A stretch of DNA of 64,000 nucleotides from Patescibacteria group bacterium (GTDB taxonomy: Bacteria > Patescibacteriota > Microgenomatia > UBA8517). A program made the translations under genes and the position numbers. Position 1 is the stretch's first letter, and each line of letters starts with the position of its first letter. Location: assembly GCA_022868165.1 (NCBI GenBank), contig JALHYA010000002.1, positions 1,478 through 65,477 on the forward strand, given 5' to 3'. This document shows, in pieces, positions 54,604 to 63,936 of this stretch. The notes under the pieces are model-generated. The model was not told the origin of the DNA, did no database searches, and saw only the letters and a list, made by a program, of their open reading frames with translations.

Positions 54604-54922
54604 CGACTTTCCTTACTGGATTGATTACATTTCCCTGCAACCGTGCATGACAATCATTCCGTACCATTAAAGAATTTTTCAGACTCAATCGCCCGCCCAG
54701 TCCCCGGTGATTCTCTTCATGTGGATGCAATCCTTCGTAATTCGCTGGTCTACCGCAACCGCATTCGCAGATTCCGCCACGGCAATAACCACCGACTAAA
54801 TTATTAGCCTTTACCCACTCTCCGCCAACTCGGATGCAGAGCTTAATTCTTGTCGGCAGTTCGTCTTTTAGCTGTTGTCGTTTTCTTTGGCTTATCGGGC
54901 TTAGCCGTGTCCGTTTTAACAT
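54593..54922 (-). CDS. Small HNH endonuclease
   Basis: CECGCG....LHPHEENHRG....KNSLMVRNDCHARL HNH core. Confidence 0.55.
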   Translation of the reverse strand: MLKRTRLSPISQRKRQQLKDELPTRIKLCIRVGGEWVKANNLVGGYCRGGICECGCGRPANYEGLHPHEENHRGLGGRLSLKNSLMVRNDCHARLQGNVINPVRKVGES

Positions 54923-55121
54923 CGGTTTTCACCTCACCATGCAACCAGGGTATGAATCTTTGAATTGGCTTAACCAAAAACTCACAATCCTCCGCCTTAA
55001 ACTCTCCCGACTTCGGGCAAACTACCATACCGGAGCCTTCACCTTGCCATGCTTTGCAAAAGTATTTTGGGTTTAGCGGGTCATTGGGTATTTTATGACA
55101 AACACTTGAACAGTAATTCAT
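54843..55121 (-). CDS. Cys-rich small protein with Lys/Thr-rich tail
   Basis: ORF track 92 aa. Overlaps the HNH ORF by 80 nt, so one start may be wrong. Confidence 0.4.
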   Translation of the reverse strand: MNYCSSVCHKIPNDPLNPKYFCKAWQGEGSGMVVCPKSGEFKAEDCEFLVKPIQRFIPWLHGEVKTDVKTDTAKPDKPKKTTTAKRRTADKN

Positions 55122-55378
55122 CTTCTTACTCCTTCCCTAAAGGCATCTAGGGGTATCATCACCAATCGTCTGCCCTTGATTACTCGCTCCGGATAACCCA
55201 CGGTTTTGTATTTTGAAATGTAAAACGGATTCGGGAACACCTTTGAGCCATCGCCTTTCCTGCTCAAGGTAAACTGGACTTCGATAACTTCGCTTTCACG
55301 TATGATTTTGTCCTTTGCAATTCCAACTTGCATTCGTCCCGTGTCGGCATGCATTTCTGGTTTTTTTAATTCAATCAT
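55118..55378 (-). CDS. Hypothetical protein
   Basis: ORF track 86 aa. Confidence 0.5.
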   Translation of the reverse strand: MIELKKPEMHADTGRMQVGIAKDKIIRESEVIEVQFTLSRKGDGSKVFPNPFYISKYKTVGYPERVIKGRRLVMIPLDAFREGVRR

Positions 55379-55770
55379 TTCAACGCCTCATTCTGCCACT
55401 TTCTTATCAAGCTCCAGTGATTCTCAAGTATATCATCGGGTATCTTTACGGTCTCTGAAAGAGACATGTCGGCAACCGCCTTAACCGTTACCTGAGCCTG
55501 TATCGAAGCCTCACGGCTCGGCTCCGGCTGAATAACCTTAACCACTACATTCTGCCCTTTCTCTTTGTCTATCTCCACATCAGCGTCTATGGTTTTGCCT
55601 TCTACTAAGGCTTCCATAACCTGCGGCCTAAAAGTTACGAACTCCGAAACCTTCTCGCCCGTTCTGTCGCACATCGCAGTAAAGGTTAATTTCTCGTAGG
55701 GCTTACCCTCTACCGGGGACTTGACACCGATTTTGACTATCGTGAGCTTGAACCTTATAGGATTACCCAT
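55375..55770 (-). CDS. Hypothetical protein (possible OB-fold or ssDNA-binding-like; not established)
   Basis: ORF track 131 aa. Confidence 0.45.
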   Translation of the reverse strand: MGNPIRFKLTIVKIGVKSPVEGKPYEKLTFTAMCDRTGEKVSEFVTFRPQVMEALVEGKTIDADVEIDKEKGQNVVVKVIQPEPSREASIQAQVTVKAVADMSLSETVKIPDDILENHWSLIRKWQNEALK

Positions 55771-55899
55771 TTTGAATTCTCCTTTACCAAAGTTTAAACA
55801 CTGGTCGATTCCAAATACCCCAAAATCCTAAAAAGAAAACAACAGCCCTAACTAGCACGCCGATACCAGCTAACACAATGAGAATTATCAGTACTTTTT

Positions 55900-56121
55900 T
55901 CATGGCACTGGCACTTCATTAAGGCTTCGTTCCTGACACCTTTCATAAAGGCATCGTTCACAATTACAATCTGCCGGATGCAATTCATTTTCCGAATATT
56001 TACACTCTCGTTTTTTATTTGACGGATAAGCCCCGACTGCGCAAAACAGAAAGTGCTTACCGCAGGTTTTATCATCCCAGCCTTTCTCATTCTTACACTG
56101 TAAACAGATACTCTCAACCAT
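55900..56121 (-). CDS. Cys-rich small protein (CLQCKNEKG..C..C..CNCERC)
   Basis: ORF track 73 aa. Preferred over the overlapping 55848-56117 frame. Confidence 0.45.
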   Translation of the reverse strand: MVESICLQCKNEKGWDDKTCGKHFLFCAVGAYPSNKKRECKYSENELHPADCNCERCLYERCQERSLNEVPVP

Positions 56122-56336
56122 TAACTTTCCTTTATGGATTCAATAAGCCTTGTTAGCCGGCGACTCGTGCCACCATCAGCAAAAACTAAGGTTGTGTATT
56201 TCCCATCTTTGCTTTTTTTAATTTCTACAACATCATCAAATGATAACCGTTGATAAGTAGTCCTATATTGTTTCGGTTCTTTAGCGATAACCCTATACCT
56301 TTTCGCCATTTCTCTTAATCTCCCTCTATTCCGCAT
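56121..56336 (-). CDS. Small basic hypothetical protein
   Basis: ORF track 71 aa. Confidence 0.5.
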   Translation of the reverse strand: MRNRGRLREMAKRYRVIAKEPKQYRTTYQRLSFDDVVEIKKSKDGKYTTLVFADGGTSRRLTRLIESIKES

Positions 56337-56796
56337 ATTCTCCGTACTTTTTGCCTGTTATTGTCTCCAACTCATTCCGAAGTTCGCCTATCTTTTCATC
56401 TAGTTTATTCACTTCTACATGGCATTTGTGCATTGAATCAATGAGGATTTGGTTAGCATCTGTTTTTCTAAAAAGTTCTCTTGCCTTTTCCTTGCTACGT
56501 CTTTGCTTCCCTTTTTCAGTCCTTATTACCCAAGCCTCTCCATCTTCGGATAAAGATGTGACTGTAACGATTTCGGTATCAATATCTCTCCACCCAAAAT
56601 ACCAAGCGTCAAAGCGTTCAAATTCCTTTTTGGCTAAGTTATCTATCCTTTGCTTAATGAGCTTAAAGATATTCTGTGTAGACGAATCCAGTATTTTCGC
56701 AGTTTCTCTTATGGTATAGCCGGAGGATTGCTTCATTGATTCTTTCCCGCTATTGTTGCTATGATAACAAATATTAAAGTCATAAACGAGAACCAT
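56326..56796 (-). CDS. Hypothetical protein
   Basis: ORF track 156 aa. Confidence 0.5.
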   Translation of the reverse strand: MVLVYDFNICYHSNNSGKESMKQSSGYTIRETAKILDSSTQNIFKLIKQRIDNLAKKEFERFDAWYFGWRDIDTEIVTVTSLSEDGEAWVIRTEKGKQRRSKEKARELFRKTDANQILIDSMHKCHVEVNKLDEKIGELRNELETITGKKYGEYAE

Positions 56797-56910
56797 ACCA
56801 AACCACTTAAAACACCTATCAGTTGGTTATTTATGCTTAATATCAAAGCCGAACCGCCACTTACTACACCAACGAAGTATGATACCATCGCAATAATTCT
56901 ACCAAGCATC

Positions 56911-57225
56911 TTATTTACTTGCCTCGCTCATTTTTAATTCCGCATCTAGTGCCTGATGAAATAAACTCTGGGTTTCTGCATCGAACTCTTCCGGCGTAAA
57001 AGGTTTCCATCCAGTAGGGGATAGTACCAAAGCACCGCTATCAACATAAAAGGCTCTGTTTACCCAAAACATTCCAGTCTCTCTATACTTCGGCTCGAAA
57101 TAATAGACTTTACTTTTCTCGGCAACACCTTTACTGAATACCATGCTTAATCCCTGCCGGTATAGTTCTTTCTTATCTTCAATTTCTTCGGGTTTCATAA
57201 TGGAAATTCCTGCCTCAACTTCCAA
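56911..57225 (-). CDS. Hypothetical protein
   Basis: ORF track 104 aa. Confidence 0.5.
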   Translation of the reverse strand: MEVEAGISIMKPEEIEDKKELYRQGLSMVFSKGVAEKSKVYYFEPKYRETGMFWVNRAFYVDSGALVLSPTGWKPFTPEEFDAETQSLFHQALDAELKMSEASK

Positions 57226-57929
57226 GTGCCATGCTCAATATCACGATTTAATAACTCTACGCCAGCGTTTGCATACCCACCATCTCTTATCAATAGTGGC
57301 TTCAGATTATCTTTCAGAAATACGGGTGTTTCTGCTTTATCCGCAGCCTCGACAATCTCCTGTATCCATTCTATTTTAGGTTGTGTCTTGGCTGAGATTG
57401 GTGTCTGTTGCCCGATGATGAGCCATTTTATTTCAGGCTGAGATTTCAAGTCTGTCTCAATAAGCCAAGATTCAATGTGCCAATCCAGTAATGGTTCAAA
57501 GGAAATAAATTGTACTGGTGCCTTAACATGCACTAGATTATTTAGAGCATCAACAAATTCTTGTCCATCTGTAGCCGTCACTCCAACCCAGCAATTCTCC
57601 GGGAACGGTGACCACTTGCTTAAGTTTTGAGGTTGCTTGGTAAGGAAGATAAAAGTGTGTTGTGATTCAATTTGACAATGAAGGAAAATGTCCTTTAGCC
57701 ATTCATCGGGAATCCAATCTCCGAATAATTCCATAGTTGAACCGATAAAAATGCGGGATGGTTTTATATGGGGCAATTCGCTCCACCAGCGAGACGTAAG
57801 GTGTATTTTAGGATTCCACTTGAACCGTTTATACATCGCCCTAGCGTAGCAATAAGAGCAAGCCATAGGGCATAAACCTTTTACGGGGTTAAGCGAGTAA
57901 TCACACCACTCAATTTTTGATTTCTGCAT
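57195..57929 (-). CDS. Phage Gp37/Gp68-family protein (DUF5131)
   Basis: N-terminal IEWCDYSLNPVKGLCPMACSYCYA signature. Confidence 0.8.
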   Translation of the reverse strand: MQKSKIEWCDYSLNPVKGLCPMACSYCYARAMYKRFKWNPKIHLTSRWWSELPHIKPSRIFIGSTMELFGDWIPDEWLKDIFLHCQIESQHTFIFLTKQPQNLSKWSPFPENCWVGVTATDGQEFVDALNNLVHVKAPVQFISFEPLLDWHIESWLIETDLKSQPEIKWLIIGQQTPISAKTQPKIEWIQEIVEAADKAETPVFLKDNLKPLLIRDGGYANAGVELLNRDIEHGTWKLRQEFPL

Positions 57930-57930
57930 T

Positions 57931-58275
57931 TCAGCTTTTCACCATATGCCCGTATTTGCCTTGTGTAAACTTGTTCCGGTCTGCCGTATCGACCCTATGC
58001 CTTTGCTGGTCACGGCTCAACATTTTTTGGATGTAGTTTAAGTGGCTACCCTGGATTCCATTAGCTGAAGCTATCCACATCAATTGTAACACCCGGCAGT
58101 AATCACCGCCAGCCTGCTTGATTATTCCAGCGATTCTACCACCTAAGTTTTCAAAATCCTCCGGCAACGCTTCGCTGTGCAGGGTATTGAAACACTCAAC
58201 TAGAAACGCTACTTTATTCGTGCTTTCGATAGCTCTTTGGCGTAACTGTTGAAAACTGAGAAATTTAGTGTCCAT
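57931..58275 (-). CDS. Hypothetical protein
   Basis: ORF track 114 aa. Confidence 0.5.
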   Translation of the reverse strand: MDTKFLSFQQLRQRAIESTNKVAFLVECFNTLHSEALPEDFENLGGRIAGIIKQAGGDYCRVLQLMWIASANGIQGSHLNYIQKMLSRDQQRHRVDTADRNKFTQGKYGHMVKS

Positions 58276-58474
58276 GATTTTTTAAATTACTGTCGATGAG
58301 ATAGTTATCGGCAGCCGTGATTATGTCCAGTATCAATGCCCCAGTTCCAGGGAATGACTTTATCAATTTCATGTTAAAGTCGAGCAACTGTAAATCGCCA
58401 TCTTTGTCAACAAGGCTCAGCCCAGCATCCCTGTGGCGTGGTGCGAGAGTTCCGTTAAGAATTTGTTGCATCAT
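58265..58474 (-). CDS. Small hypothetical protein
   Basis: ORF track 69 aa. Confidence 0.45.
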   Translation of the reverse strand: MMQQILNGTLAPRHRDAGLSLVDKDGDLQLLDFNMKLIKSFPGTGALILDIITAADNYLIDSNLKNHGH

Positions 58475-58475
58475 T

Positions 58476-58844
58476 TTAAACTTTCACCAGTTCTGAATTT
58501 TTAAGGACACTATCTATAATCAAGTATCCCTTATGATTCTTGCGACTTGGGCGGATATTCCATCCCGCAGTTTTCTGATTCCATTCTACAACCTTGGAAT
58601 AAAGTTGAGGCAACTTAGTGCCATTGGGTGTGTTCACGCTTAATAACCGGACTGTATCACCCTCGTAAATATCTCTGCCGGCTTCATCCTTGTGCCCTGT
58701 GTATTGTTCTTCGGTTCCAATGGCACAAGGTATAACCCCAATATAAAAAACACCATCTGATTCAAAGCAATTGGTAACATCGTGCAATGAAAAATAGACA
58801 AGTTCGCCGTCAAGTGTTTTTGCTCTGAATTTTAATTCTCGCAT
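58476..58844 (-). CDS. YopX-family phage protein
   Basis: MRELKFRAKTLDGE...GRDIYEGDTV pattern. Confidence 0.7.
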   Translation of the reverse strand: MRELKFRAKTLDGELVYFSLHDVTNCFESDGVFYIGVIPCAIGTEEQYTGHKDEAGRDIYEGDTVRLLSVNTPNGTKLPQLYSKVVEWNQKTAGWNIRPSRKNHKGYLIIDSVLKNSELVKV

Positions 58845-58845
58845 T

Positions 58846-59046
58846 TCAACCTCTAATCACCCTATTCGCCGGCAACCTTTCAATCATGCTCTGCAACTGT
58901 TTCTCGGTAATCCCTACCCGTAATCCGTTTATCGAGTAAGAATACCGACCATTGTTTTTGAGAAGCGTGACTCCGCCGTTCTTGGTTTCGATGTGGGCTT
59001 TGCCCACCTTATCGAGCAACTTCTTAATATCGGAATTATTTGCCAT
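58846..59046 (-). CDS. Small hypothetical protein
   Basis: ORF track 66 aa. Confidence 0.5.
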   Translation of the reverse strand: MANNSDIKKLLDKVGKAHIETKNGGVTLLKNNGRYSYSINGLRVGITEKQLQSMIERLPANRVIRG

Positions 59047-59188
59047 TGTTACATTCCTTCACAACTAACGGTTTTGGTTTATCAAAAAAAGGTGTTTTGC
59101 ATTTAGGACAAAGCCGGACATCTTCGCTCCGGGGTGTCCACTTATGCCCGCAACGCAAACACTCAAGCGTCAGTAACTCTAACTTCAT
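59036..59188 (-). CDS. Small zinc-ribbon protein (50 aa; CLRCGHKW..CPKCKTPFF), paralogue of 2013-2168
   Basis: Hand-translated. AGAGG SD. Stop overlaps the downstream gene start. Confidence 0.4.
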   Translation of the reverse strand: MKLELLTLECLRCGHKWTPRSEDVRLCPKCKTPFFDKPKPLVVKECNNGK

Positions 59189-59479
59189 ATTTTAACCTCT
59201 TACCTATATTATACTATATGGGTAACTTTGTCAAGCGATTTTAGCCACTTTTTAGAGAAAATTTTGAGAAACCGTAAAAGCCACCAGGTTAGCAACAGAG
59301 GCACTTAAAAGCTGAAAGTATAGCGGAATAGCTAGTAAGGCGGGTATGGCAAATTTCCACTTGTGGGCGAACGCAACATTTACAATTATAGCTATACAAT
59401 GTATGTCAATATATTATAAGCCAATCGTAGCTAGATGTGGAAATTGTTGCCATTTATTGTAAAGTAGCAATCGCAAAGA

Positions 59480-59845
59480 CTAGCTACGGTTACGGTGTTT
59501 GATATGCCTGCGTTTCTGCTTCCAATGATAACTTCGCTTCTCTCTCGGTCTGCCAGGCTTAGGTGATGGCTCAGTAGTTAATTGTGTGGAATCAAAAGGG
59601 ATATTGGCGAGTTGCCCATAGGAGCCAAGATAATACAGATTACGCTTACGGGATTTGTTGCGGACTATCTTGACTATGGTTCGTGGCCGGTTGCGGTCTA
59701 TGAGTTTTAATCCTTCTGGATTCGGGGTGTAGACTATTCCGCCTTTCTTGTAGGAATGCTTGGGCTTCTTGGTCTTGCCGGTTATTATTTTGGTCTCATG
59801 CCCAGTAAGGCGTACACGGTCACCAATTTTAAACTTCGCTGACAT
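59480..59845 (-). CDS. Basic protein with N-terminal KOW-like KIGDRVRL motif and Lys/Arg-rich tail
   Basis: ORF track 121 aa. Confidence 0.5.
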   Translation of the reverse strand: MSAKFKIGDRVRLTGHETKIITGKTKKPKHSYKKGGIVYTPNPEGLKLIDRNRPRTIVKIVRNKSRKRNLYYLGSYGQLANIPFDSTQLTTEPSPKPGRPREKRSYHWKQKRRHIKHRNRS

Positions 59846-59846
59846 T

Positions 59847-60488
59847 TTATAACCCTAATTCCATTACTCCTTGTAAGCATCGCCCCGCAGCGATTTCACA
59901 ATATTTCTCGGAGATTTCAACCCCGATTGACTTTCTATTTAACGCTTTAGCTGCTTCAAGCGTAGTACCACTTCCCATAAATGGGTCTAAAATTATACTA
60001 CCCGGAAGAGATGCTCTTGTTACAATTTGCTTCCATAGAGATATTGGTTTAGCGCAAGGATGTTCATTATCACTTGCTTGTTCATTGCTGAATATTACAT
60101 CTGGTCTTCTCCCTAGTTTATTAGCTAAATAAGGATCATTCCCATAAGCCAAGATTGGTTGCCAGCAACAGAATCCCCATTTTCCGCTGCCAATACCTGC
60201 GTTAGATACCCATAGTAATGTCCAGTCTGGCTCTGGATACAACCATAAATTACCAACGCCACAAGTAATCAAAACTCTCGCTGATTTATCCCTAACTATT
60301 GGCAGAGTTGTCTTAATTAGATTACCTAGATTTTCTTTTGTATCTAAGTAGTTATCATATTCTGTGTTGTTGCCATATGGCAAATCAGTTATGGTTGAAT
60401 CAACCTTAATATCCAACTGTGGCAATACCTCCCTGCAATCGCCTAGGAATATTTTAACCCATTTATCCTGATAATACGGCTTTATCAT
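59847..60488 (-). CDS. DNA methyltransferase, beta-class (motif IV DLPY, motif I DPFMGSGTT). Paralogue of 12754-13344.
   Basis: Shared N-terminus M..PYYQDKWV.I..GDCRE.LPQLD.KVD. Confidence 0.8.
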   Translation of the reverse strand: MIKPYYQDKWVKIFLGDCREVLPQLDIKVDSTITDLPYGNNTEYDNYLDTKENLGNLIKTTLPIVRDKSARVLITCGVGNLWLYPEPDWTLLWVSNAGIGSGKWGFCCWQPILAYGNDPYLANKLGRRPDVIFSNEQASDNEHPCAKPISLWKQIVTRASLPGSIILDPFMGSGTTLEAAKALNRKSIGVEISEKYCEIAAGRCLQGVMELGL

Positions 60489-60667
60489 CTCTACTTCCTA
60501 AAGTTTTTATACACCCCGTCTTTAACCGCCCTTTGTATACATCCGGTATTTAAGCAGTTCACCGGCTTTGAATCCCTTACGTAATACTCGAAAACCTTTT
60601 GGCAGTACCGGCAGGTGGTATGATATACCTTATCCTCTCTGGTTCGCCTAGTTGTTGGTTTCGGCAT

Positions 60668-60952
60668 TTAAAATCTCCATCTTGGATGGGTTCGTTGATA
60701 CTCATTCCAACACGCCCTATTGCAATAAATTCGTTTCCGTCTTGCCAGTGTTGAAGGACATAAGTCATCTCGAATAATCTTCTCGCCACAATTAGGACAA
60801 AGAAGTTCTGTGATAGTCTTTTGATGCTGTCTGTGTCCTCGTGGGGATACTTGATATATCTTCTTCGGCTTCACCTCTTTGGCTATTGGTTTTTCGTTAC
60901 GGAACTGAGCTAAACGAATCTTCGCTGTTGTCTCTTGTGTCTCAGTATCCAT
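60668..60952 (-). CDS. Zinc-ribbon protein (CPNCGEKI...C..C)
   Basis: ORF track 94 aa. Confidence 0.5.
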   Translation of the reverse strand: MDTETQETTAKIRLAQFRNEKPIAKEVKPKKIYQVSPRGHRQHQKTITELLCPNCGEKIIRDDLCPSTLARRKRIYCNRACWNEYQRTHPRWRF

Positions 60953-60970
60953 TTTAAATCTTTAACTCCA

Positions 60971-61180
60971 TTACCCCTTGACAGCTTTACCACGTCTCGT
61001 CATAGGTGGTATCCATCCCCAATGTTCAAAAGCTTTCTCTAAACACCATAAATAATTTTGGGCATCTACATCTCCTGAGCAAAACCAGCCACCTATCGCT
61101 ACCAGTCTGTCGTCTAATGTTTCATTTGTACCTAATGGCTCGCTATTGTCATTACTTTTAACTTTATACTTGTGCTTCAT
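60971..61180 (-). CDS. Small hypothetical protein
   Basis: ORF track 69 aa. Confidence 0.45.
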   Translation of the reverse strand: MKHKYKVKSNDNSEPLGTNETLDDRLVAIGGWFCSGDVDAQNYLWCLEKAFEHWGWIPPMTRRGKAVKG

Positions 61181-61205
61181 AGTCCTAGCTCCATTGACAG
61201 CATTG

Positions 61206-61448
61206 CTATCTCTTGCTCAACTTATACTTTTTGTCTTGTCTATACTGTAAAAGGCCATAATTATTTCTACGCAGTTGTGCAGTTGCTCGTCTGTCCTTAA
61301 CAAATTGCAATTTGACTAAAGAATTGCCAACAACTGTAATCCCAATATAATGGACTAGCCCACAATCGCAGCAAGCCAATTTTAATGTCTCATTCTCTGC
61401 GTTGATTATTTGACTATCCCCGTCCTTATATTTATGGTATTTAGTCAT
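61206..61448 (-). CDS. Small Cys-containing protein (CCDCGLVHY)
   Basis: ORF track 80 aa. Confidence 0.45.
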   Translation of the reverse strand: MTKYHKYKDGDSQIINAENETLKLACCDCGLVHYIGITVVGNSLVKLQFVKDRRATAQLRRNNYGLLQYRQDKKYKLSKR

Positions 61449-61483
61449 TTAGATTGTTACCCAGTAGTCAGAATAATAGGGAT

Positions 61484-61669
61484 TCATCTTTTCTCTCCGC
61501 ATTGCATAGGCTGAGAATCCTGTTTAACTTTCGTAGAACTGTTAATTAGGCTTCTACCTAGCGGAGATTCCACACAACGCCGACTTCCGCAAGTGGCTGG
61601 TTTAAAACACACCACGTAGCCGTAGCGTCTATTGCATACCGGGCAAATAGCCCACTCTAACTCTACCAT
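61484..61669 (-). CDS. Small zinc-ribbon protein (CPVCNRRY..C..C)
   Basis: ORF track 61 aa. Confidence 0.45.
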   Translation of the reverse strand: MVELEWAICPVCNRRYGYVVCFKPATCGSRRCVESPLGRSLINSSTKVKQDSQPMQCGEKR

Positions 61670-62001
61670 TATAGCTTATTCCCATATTGTATAGACTCTG
61701 GCTCAAGGAATCTAACTACTTTATTATGCGCCTTAGCATATTCTAACTCTCGTTTAGTGGATTCTCCAATATAACCCCCAACATTCAAAATCAGAACTTC
61801 GTCAGCCATATCTATTTTACGCAGATGTAATTCATCAAGTTTTACTTTTTGCTCAGGGGCTATTGGTATTCTATCAGCGTGCATAAAACACCCAACGGAA
61901 AGAACGATGTTATTGTTTAATGTCTCTAGATATGTGGCTTGATAGAAGAATTCCTTAAACTTTGTAGAGCCACAAAGGCAAACTATTTTAGGTCTGTTCA
62001 T
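61669..62001 (-). CDS. Small Rossmann-like protein (IVCLCGSTKF). Nucleoside 2-deoxyribosyltransferase-like fold suspected.
   Basis: Motif impression only. Confidence 0.4.
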   Translation of the reverse strand: MNRPKIVCLCGSTKFKEFFYQATYLETLNNNIVLSVGCFMHADRIPIAPEQKVKLDELHLRKIDMADEVLILNVGGYIGESTKRELEYAKAHNKVVRFLEPESIQYGNKL

Positions 62002-62014
62002 TATTCACCACCTT

Positions 62015-62221
62015 TTAACTTGTTAAATTCCTCATGCCTTCAGTATGAAAATCCATGTGCATTGTAGCTACATTCAAATATCCATATTCCAATAGCATAC
62101 GGCAGTATGTGTCACCATGCCACGGCGATATGAAACGCACAAAATTGCTAGCCCCAATAATGTTATCAAACTCGAAAACGCCACGGTATTTTATAGGGCA
62201 TTTTACTATTAACTTAATCAT
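62015..62221 (-). CDS. Small hypothetical protein
   Basis: ORF track 68 aa. Confidence 0.45.
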   Translation of the reverse strand: MIKLIVKCPIKYRGVFEFDNIIGASNFVRFISPWHGDTYCRMLLEYGYLNVATMHMDFHTEGMRNLTS

Positions 62222-63281
62222 TTTGCCCTTTCAGGAGTTCCAACTTACTATCAACCCAGCCTAGCAACCGCAAATCCTCTATAGTACGATTAACATATGC
62301 TACCGACATTTTAGCAGCATCAGCAATGTCCTGCTGCTTCTGTAGCCCTTCTAACCATGCCCTGATAATTACAGCCCGCTTCTTGCTCATGCAGTCCATA
62401 ACCAACCGAACCAAATATGGTTTCAGTTCACTTATTGGTACACCAATCATTAACAATCCTCTAGCTAATCGGCTAATAGCCTGCCCGAACCTAGTGCCTA
62501 ACTCTATATCAGGTATATCGTAAATCTCATTGGTGCGTGTGTTCCTCTCAACTGGTGTCCTTAGCATGGCAGCTAAATTAGCCAATGGTGCAAGATATTC
62601 TAGCTTCGGCTTAGGATAGGCTACGGTGTTGAGAATAATATCTGTCATAGCCTCTTTGAGTTTTATTCTTATCGCTGTCAAGTTGCCATCATTATAAACA
62701 GCCTTATCTACCGCTACGCCTTCTTCTATCGGTCTGCCCCATCGTAAATCCATAAATCTCGAACCAAGCAACTGCTCTAGTTGTCTTTGCCTTTCAACAA
62801 ACTGCGTTGTGCCTAATATCCAATCAAACTTCGTTTCTTGGTGCAGATGTCCTTCTTCGCTACCATAATCAGCATCTAGTTCGCCATCATGGACTCCACG
62901 CAACAAGCCAAAAATTTCTTTTTGCGTATCTAGGTCTTTAGTAAGTATAACAGCAAACTCTTTAGTAATCACCAACTTGCCATCAAGCCTTTCCAATAAT
63001 GGTTTTTGAATGTCCTTATCTCTTTTAAACGAATAGCCACGCCGGATAGCCCCCGGCGTTATACTTTCCATTGTCGTGCTATATCCCTCTTGCTCAGCTA
63101 TAGTCCTCAATAACTCTGTTTTGCCCGTGCCAGATGCACCTATAATTCGTAGCCATAGCATTTCACTTAGTGGTATTTTATGACTGACTGCCGCCGCTAC
63201 TACAATGTCCACAGCCTGCATATCGTCAATCTCAAAATGTTCGGTAAATAGTTGTTTGAAGTCCTCAACCTGCTGTATCAT
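62214..63281 (-). CDS. P-loop NTPase (Walker A GASGTGKT) with C-terminal HTH. Candidate replication initiator or regulator.
   Basis: Walker A. C-terminal QQDIADAAKMSVAYVNRTIEDL HTH. First gene of the leftward operon, next to a repeat-bearing intergenic region. Confidence 0.6.
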   Translation of the reverse strand: MIQQVEDFKQLFTEHFEIDDMQAVDIVVAAAVSHKIPLSEMLWLRIIGASGTGKTELLRTIAEQEGYSTTMESITPGAIRRGYSFKRDKDIQKPLLERLDGKLVITKEFAVILTKDLDTQKEIFGLLRGVHDGELDADYGSEEGHLHQETKFDWILGTTQFVERQRQLEQLLGSRFMDLRWGRPIEEGVAVDKAVYNDGNLTAIRIKLKEAMTDIILNTVAYPKPKLEYLAPLANLAAMLRTPVERNTRTNEIYDIPDIELGTRFGQAISRLARGLLMIGVPISELKPYLVRLVMDCMSKKRAVIIRAWLEGLQKQQDIADAAKMSVAYVNRTIEDLRLLGWVDSKLELLKGQND

Positions 63282-63294
63282 TCAGTCCTCCATG

Positions 63295-63464
63295 TATTTT
63301 TACTAATACTAGCACGTTTTTGTTGTCTTGTCAAGTATTTTCGGTGTAATTAGTAAATATCTCCTGTTTCTTTTTATACCGTAGCTACATTTTTACTATT
63401 ACAGGGGATACCCACACACCCCCTATATAGGTATATAAAAAAGAATTGTTTTTTACTAATTTTG
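63295..63464. promoter_or_regulatory. Divergent control region with three direct copies and one inverted copy of TTTTACTAAT-like elements plus TATATA boxes
   Basis: Copies at 63295-63310, 63389-63404 and 63449-63464. Inverted copy at ~63346-63360. Confidence 0.4.
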
Positions 63465-63675
63465 GATACCCATACCTTAAAAATCAGCGAGGTATAGTAA
63501 AACCCCTATAATTCACGTTGGTTATAGCACCAGAGCAGTAGCTACGTACCCGCAAAGCGGGATTGCCTACGCAATCTTGTAATATCAAATAATACCACGC
63601 CACTATCACGTGACTTGACTAACACGCTTGTTTGGTGTATCATATAGTTAATAACATGAAGGAGGTTTTATTGTA

Positions 63676-63906
63676 ATGGCTATTGTGTCAAAGAGTGTAC
63701 CAACTAAGTTGGACTATCGTAGCAGGGTTAAATTGCCAGAGGTTATTATCGAAGAGCTTGCGCTTACCAAGGATAGCAAGGTAGTTGTTACGTATGGTCG
63801 TAACTATAGCTGTGTGATAATTACGCCGGTAGAAACAAAGCTAGGCAGTATACAGAAAGAACGTATAAACAAGCTGACTTGTGAACCATTAGAGACTGAA
63901 CGCTAG
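63676..63906 (+). CDS. AbrB/MazE/SpoVT-type (swapped-hairpin) small DNA-binding protein
   Basis: SRVKLPEVIIEELALTKDSKVVVTYG. GAAGGAGGT SD. Confidence 0.55.
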   Translation: MAIVSKSVPTKLDYRSRVKLPEVIIEELALTKDSKVVVTYGRNYSCVIITPVETKLGSIQKERINKLTCEPLETER

Positions 63907-63936
63907 AAAAAATAAAAAAGAGGAGGTATTTTACAA

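Noticed and set aside
60577-60789. 70-aa minus-strand ORF overlapping the 94-aa zinc-ribbon gene
   Set aside because: It is in a different frame and overlaps by 120 nt. Its 3' part coincides with what looks like the methyltransferase promoter and SD region. The zinc-ribbon frame is preferred.
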